A stretch of 64,000 bases of DNA from Lingula anatina. Lineage: Eukaryota > Animalia > Brachiopoda. This document shows, piece by piece, positions 61,459 to 64,000 of the stretch; the first letter of the stretch is position 1, and every line of letters begins with the position of its first letter. The notes beneath the pieces are model-generated. The model was not told where the DNA came from. It saw only the letters and a program-made list of their open reading frames with translations, and searched no databases. A program made the position numbers and the translations under genes. The stretch covers positions 12,810,651 through 12,874,650 of the forward strand of contig CM120647.1 of assembly GCA_051362555.1 (NCBI GenBank), given 5' to 3'.

Positions 61459-62007
61459 CTAAATAGTTATCAACACCGTTTTAAAATTTGTCGAGTCAAA
61501 ACGGTAGTACTATGATCTGGTACCAGGGATTTTTCTTGAAAGCCTTTCTTTTGGTTTTATTTGAACATTGTAATTAGGGGTTCATACCGGGTATATTCCA
61601 AACAAAAGAAAAACGTAAACTAAATGTTGGTACCTGGTTTTACCTTTAAATACGTGCCGTCAACCATGATAACTTTCACGATAATTACCTTCTGAATTGC
61701 AAAATTTTCAAAGTTTTATCAAAAACCAATCATTGTCTCATACCAATTCACAAAGCAAGAACAATTAATCGACAATAAATGCTTGGTCACCCGGTATTCA
61801 TAAGTGAGTGTTACATTAAACAAAAAAATAGGAGTGGCGATTTTTATTGCTGTGATATTTAGTTAGGTGTTTTACATAAACGAAACTGGAAAAGGCTATT
61901 TTGCAGAAAAAGTGTCTTTATAACTTATTGACGGGATTTCTATAAGAGCCTACCGGTACTTTCCGATTCAAAGAGTCCCTTTCGATCTGATTTGGGATTT
62001 TTATTAT

Positions 62008-62033
62008 GTGTTACAAATATCACTGTACATGCG

Positions 62034-62077
<44 letters not shown>

Positions 62078-62102
62078 TGTTACAAATATCACTGTTTATG
62101 CA

Positions 62103-62155
<53 letters not shown>

Positions 62156-62184
62156 TGTTACAAATATCACTGTATATGCATATC

Positions 62185-62227
<43 letters not shown>

Positions 62228-62237
62228 TATTACAAAG
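62008..62237. repeat. Compound repeat: 3 x (TGTTACAAATATCACTGT..ATGC.TA + (TTA)n)
   Basis: Directly visible; explains the poly-L/I/Y ORFs. Confidence 0.9.
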
Positions 62238-63715
62238 ATGCACAAAAAGGTAAACCTTCATTTTTGATAAACGAAACAACACCTGTGTACCAAAACACTG
62301 TAATGTTGCAGAATAGAGATTGGCTGATTTTTAACACTTGCAGTTATTACAGGTTAGAGTAAATCATAGTGAGATGTGTCCAGGTGTCACATGACACACA
62401 AGTATAAAATTGAACTCCCGCCCTAACAGTTCAGTTCATGCAGCAACACGGGTCTCCCCGGAGCATATTGTTTTATTGTTTAAATCATTTAATTTAGTTT
62501 TAGGTCACACCAGTATCAGTTTCTATCAATCTTCAATAGTTTTTCTGCAGCGAAGTACAATATATCCACCCCAAGAAAGTTTTCGAGTTTTTAACGGTAC
62601 GGTCACGGCAACATTTATTATTAATCTGCTTTATTTATTTTATTAATTGGACCTTCAATAGATGCAGCCGTCATCGGCCAAATTTCGAACATCATACTTG
62701 AGCCTGTTCCATTTTTAACTGACATATCCTATTACCTAAATCAGCTTAGATCAAGAAGACATAAAATAGATGGACAAAGCTAACACATAGATAAGAATCT
62801 CTACAAAGCATATTCAATACTTAATGAAACGTACCCCTTTTGCTTACTAGCGAATGAATCAAAATAGATATCTATAGAAAGAGTAATTGAAAACTTTACA
62901 CTACCGGTGCGCACATTTTGTTGACAACAAAGAAGTATCTCTCACATACCATAATTGTCCTTCCTGGTTGTGGAAGCGAGTACACCACGTAACACGAAAC
63001 AATGTGTAACATATCATCTTACGTTAGTCTTACATAAGTGGCTTCACCGCTTTTGGGGTCCACACTCCATGCCGGAAGTCTTCAAAGAAGCTGTTGTTTA
63101 CATTCATTGTGAGGTTTTGAACAATGTAGTCCTAACACCTGCTATAAAAACTCCAAAATAATTAAATGAACCACCAGATCGGTGGAGGAAAACCTGTAAG
63201 ATTACACTGCATTCCACTGGACGTCAAATTATTCTGCTAATTTTTTGTGTTAGTTGAGCCATCTTTATATACTGCACAGCTAAAGCAATGATGACAAACA
63301 CAATACCTGTTTTCAGTTGTGACTTGTAAGGATAATATTAATTAAAATATAAGTGAGTTAGATAAAGAATTTAACTACCCCTTTAATTAATTAATTACCC
63401 CCTAGCAGGTTCAGTAGGCGTGACAGAGATCTAAGCTGCTTAAGTTGATTGCAATTCAGTGAGAATCCCTATGGAGTACATCGATCCACAGTGAGTATGA
63501 TAGGGACTGGGAATGGCCCCTTATGGGCGACTATTTTTTATGTGATTAAAACTTTAATGAAAGTGAAGCTAAAATATAAACTTTTGCCATTTCTGCATTC
63601 CACTAATGCGTCTTTTATACTGTGTCACCTTAATTGGTCCATGAATCAAAATGTATTTTAACGGTTCACTCAGCTGTTGGAGAGCGCTCGTTTTTTCATT
63701 TTGGAACAGTTGATT

Positions 63716-64000
63716 TCAAGGTGCATCATCAAGACAAAAAACGCCAGCATTTTTACTGTAACGGCATATTCCCTTCCCCCAACCGCTGCGCCTACACGAT
63801 CCAATGTTGGGTTCCCACCCTGTGCAGTCGATATCTTCTAACAATATGACTCCACTACCTTGCCCAAAATACGCTTCTCGTACGGCAACTGCGTTGGAAT
63901 AGGAAAGATTTAAGGACTTGCAGAAAACTCTGGCAGCAGTATTACCCCATGAGAAATCACAAACTGCTCTCCAGAGTCCATCATGATAGACTTCAACCCT
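63716..64000 (-). CDS. Terminal SRCR exon of a further receptor family member (gene D), continuing beyond the window
   Basis: Open frame RVEVYHDGLWRAVCDFSWGNTAARVFCKSL...LLEDIDCTGWEPNIGSCRRSGLGKGICRYSKNAGVFCLDDAP*; 6 Cys retained. Confidence 0.75.
   Translation of the reverse strand, partial: RVEVYHDGLWRAVCDFSWGNTAARVFCKSLNLSYSNAVAVREAYFGQGSGVILLEDIDCTGWEPNIGSCRRSGWGKGICRYSKNAGVFCLDDAP

Noticed and set aside
61992-62362. Poly-Leu/Ile/Tyr ORFs
   Set aside because: Translations of (TTA)n microsatellites.

Overview
AT-rich, intron-rich animal (invertebrate, probably lophotrochozoan) genomic DNA. Left to right: (1) the 3' coding exons and long 3' UTR of a TMCC-family gene (+), whose penultimate splice donor is amplified into eight 45-bp tandem copies. 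(2) A complete, convergently transcribed 27-exon secreted astacin metalloprotease gene (-) with signal peptide, prodomain, astacin, EGF, CUB and 15 EGF domains. (3) Two tandem six-exon METTL24-like methyltransferase genes (+); the second has gained about 37 SQG(S/T)(N/T) pentapeptide repeats after its N-terminal hydrophobic anchor. (4) A birth-and-death cluster (-) of predicted type II membrane receptors: Tyr-motif cytoplasmic tail, TM, a variable number of near-identical EGF cassettes and a C-terminal 6-Cys SRCR domain. It includes intact, frameshifted and remnant copies in a ~12 kb tandem duplication. Interspersed are palindromic MITEs, Helentron-type elements, a 5'-truncated LINE and a TTAA-flanked transposon derivative with a YqaJ/lambda-exonuclease remnant. 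All gene models were assembled by eye from splice sites and reading frames; no database search or expression data was available.
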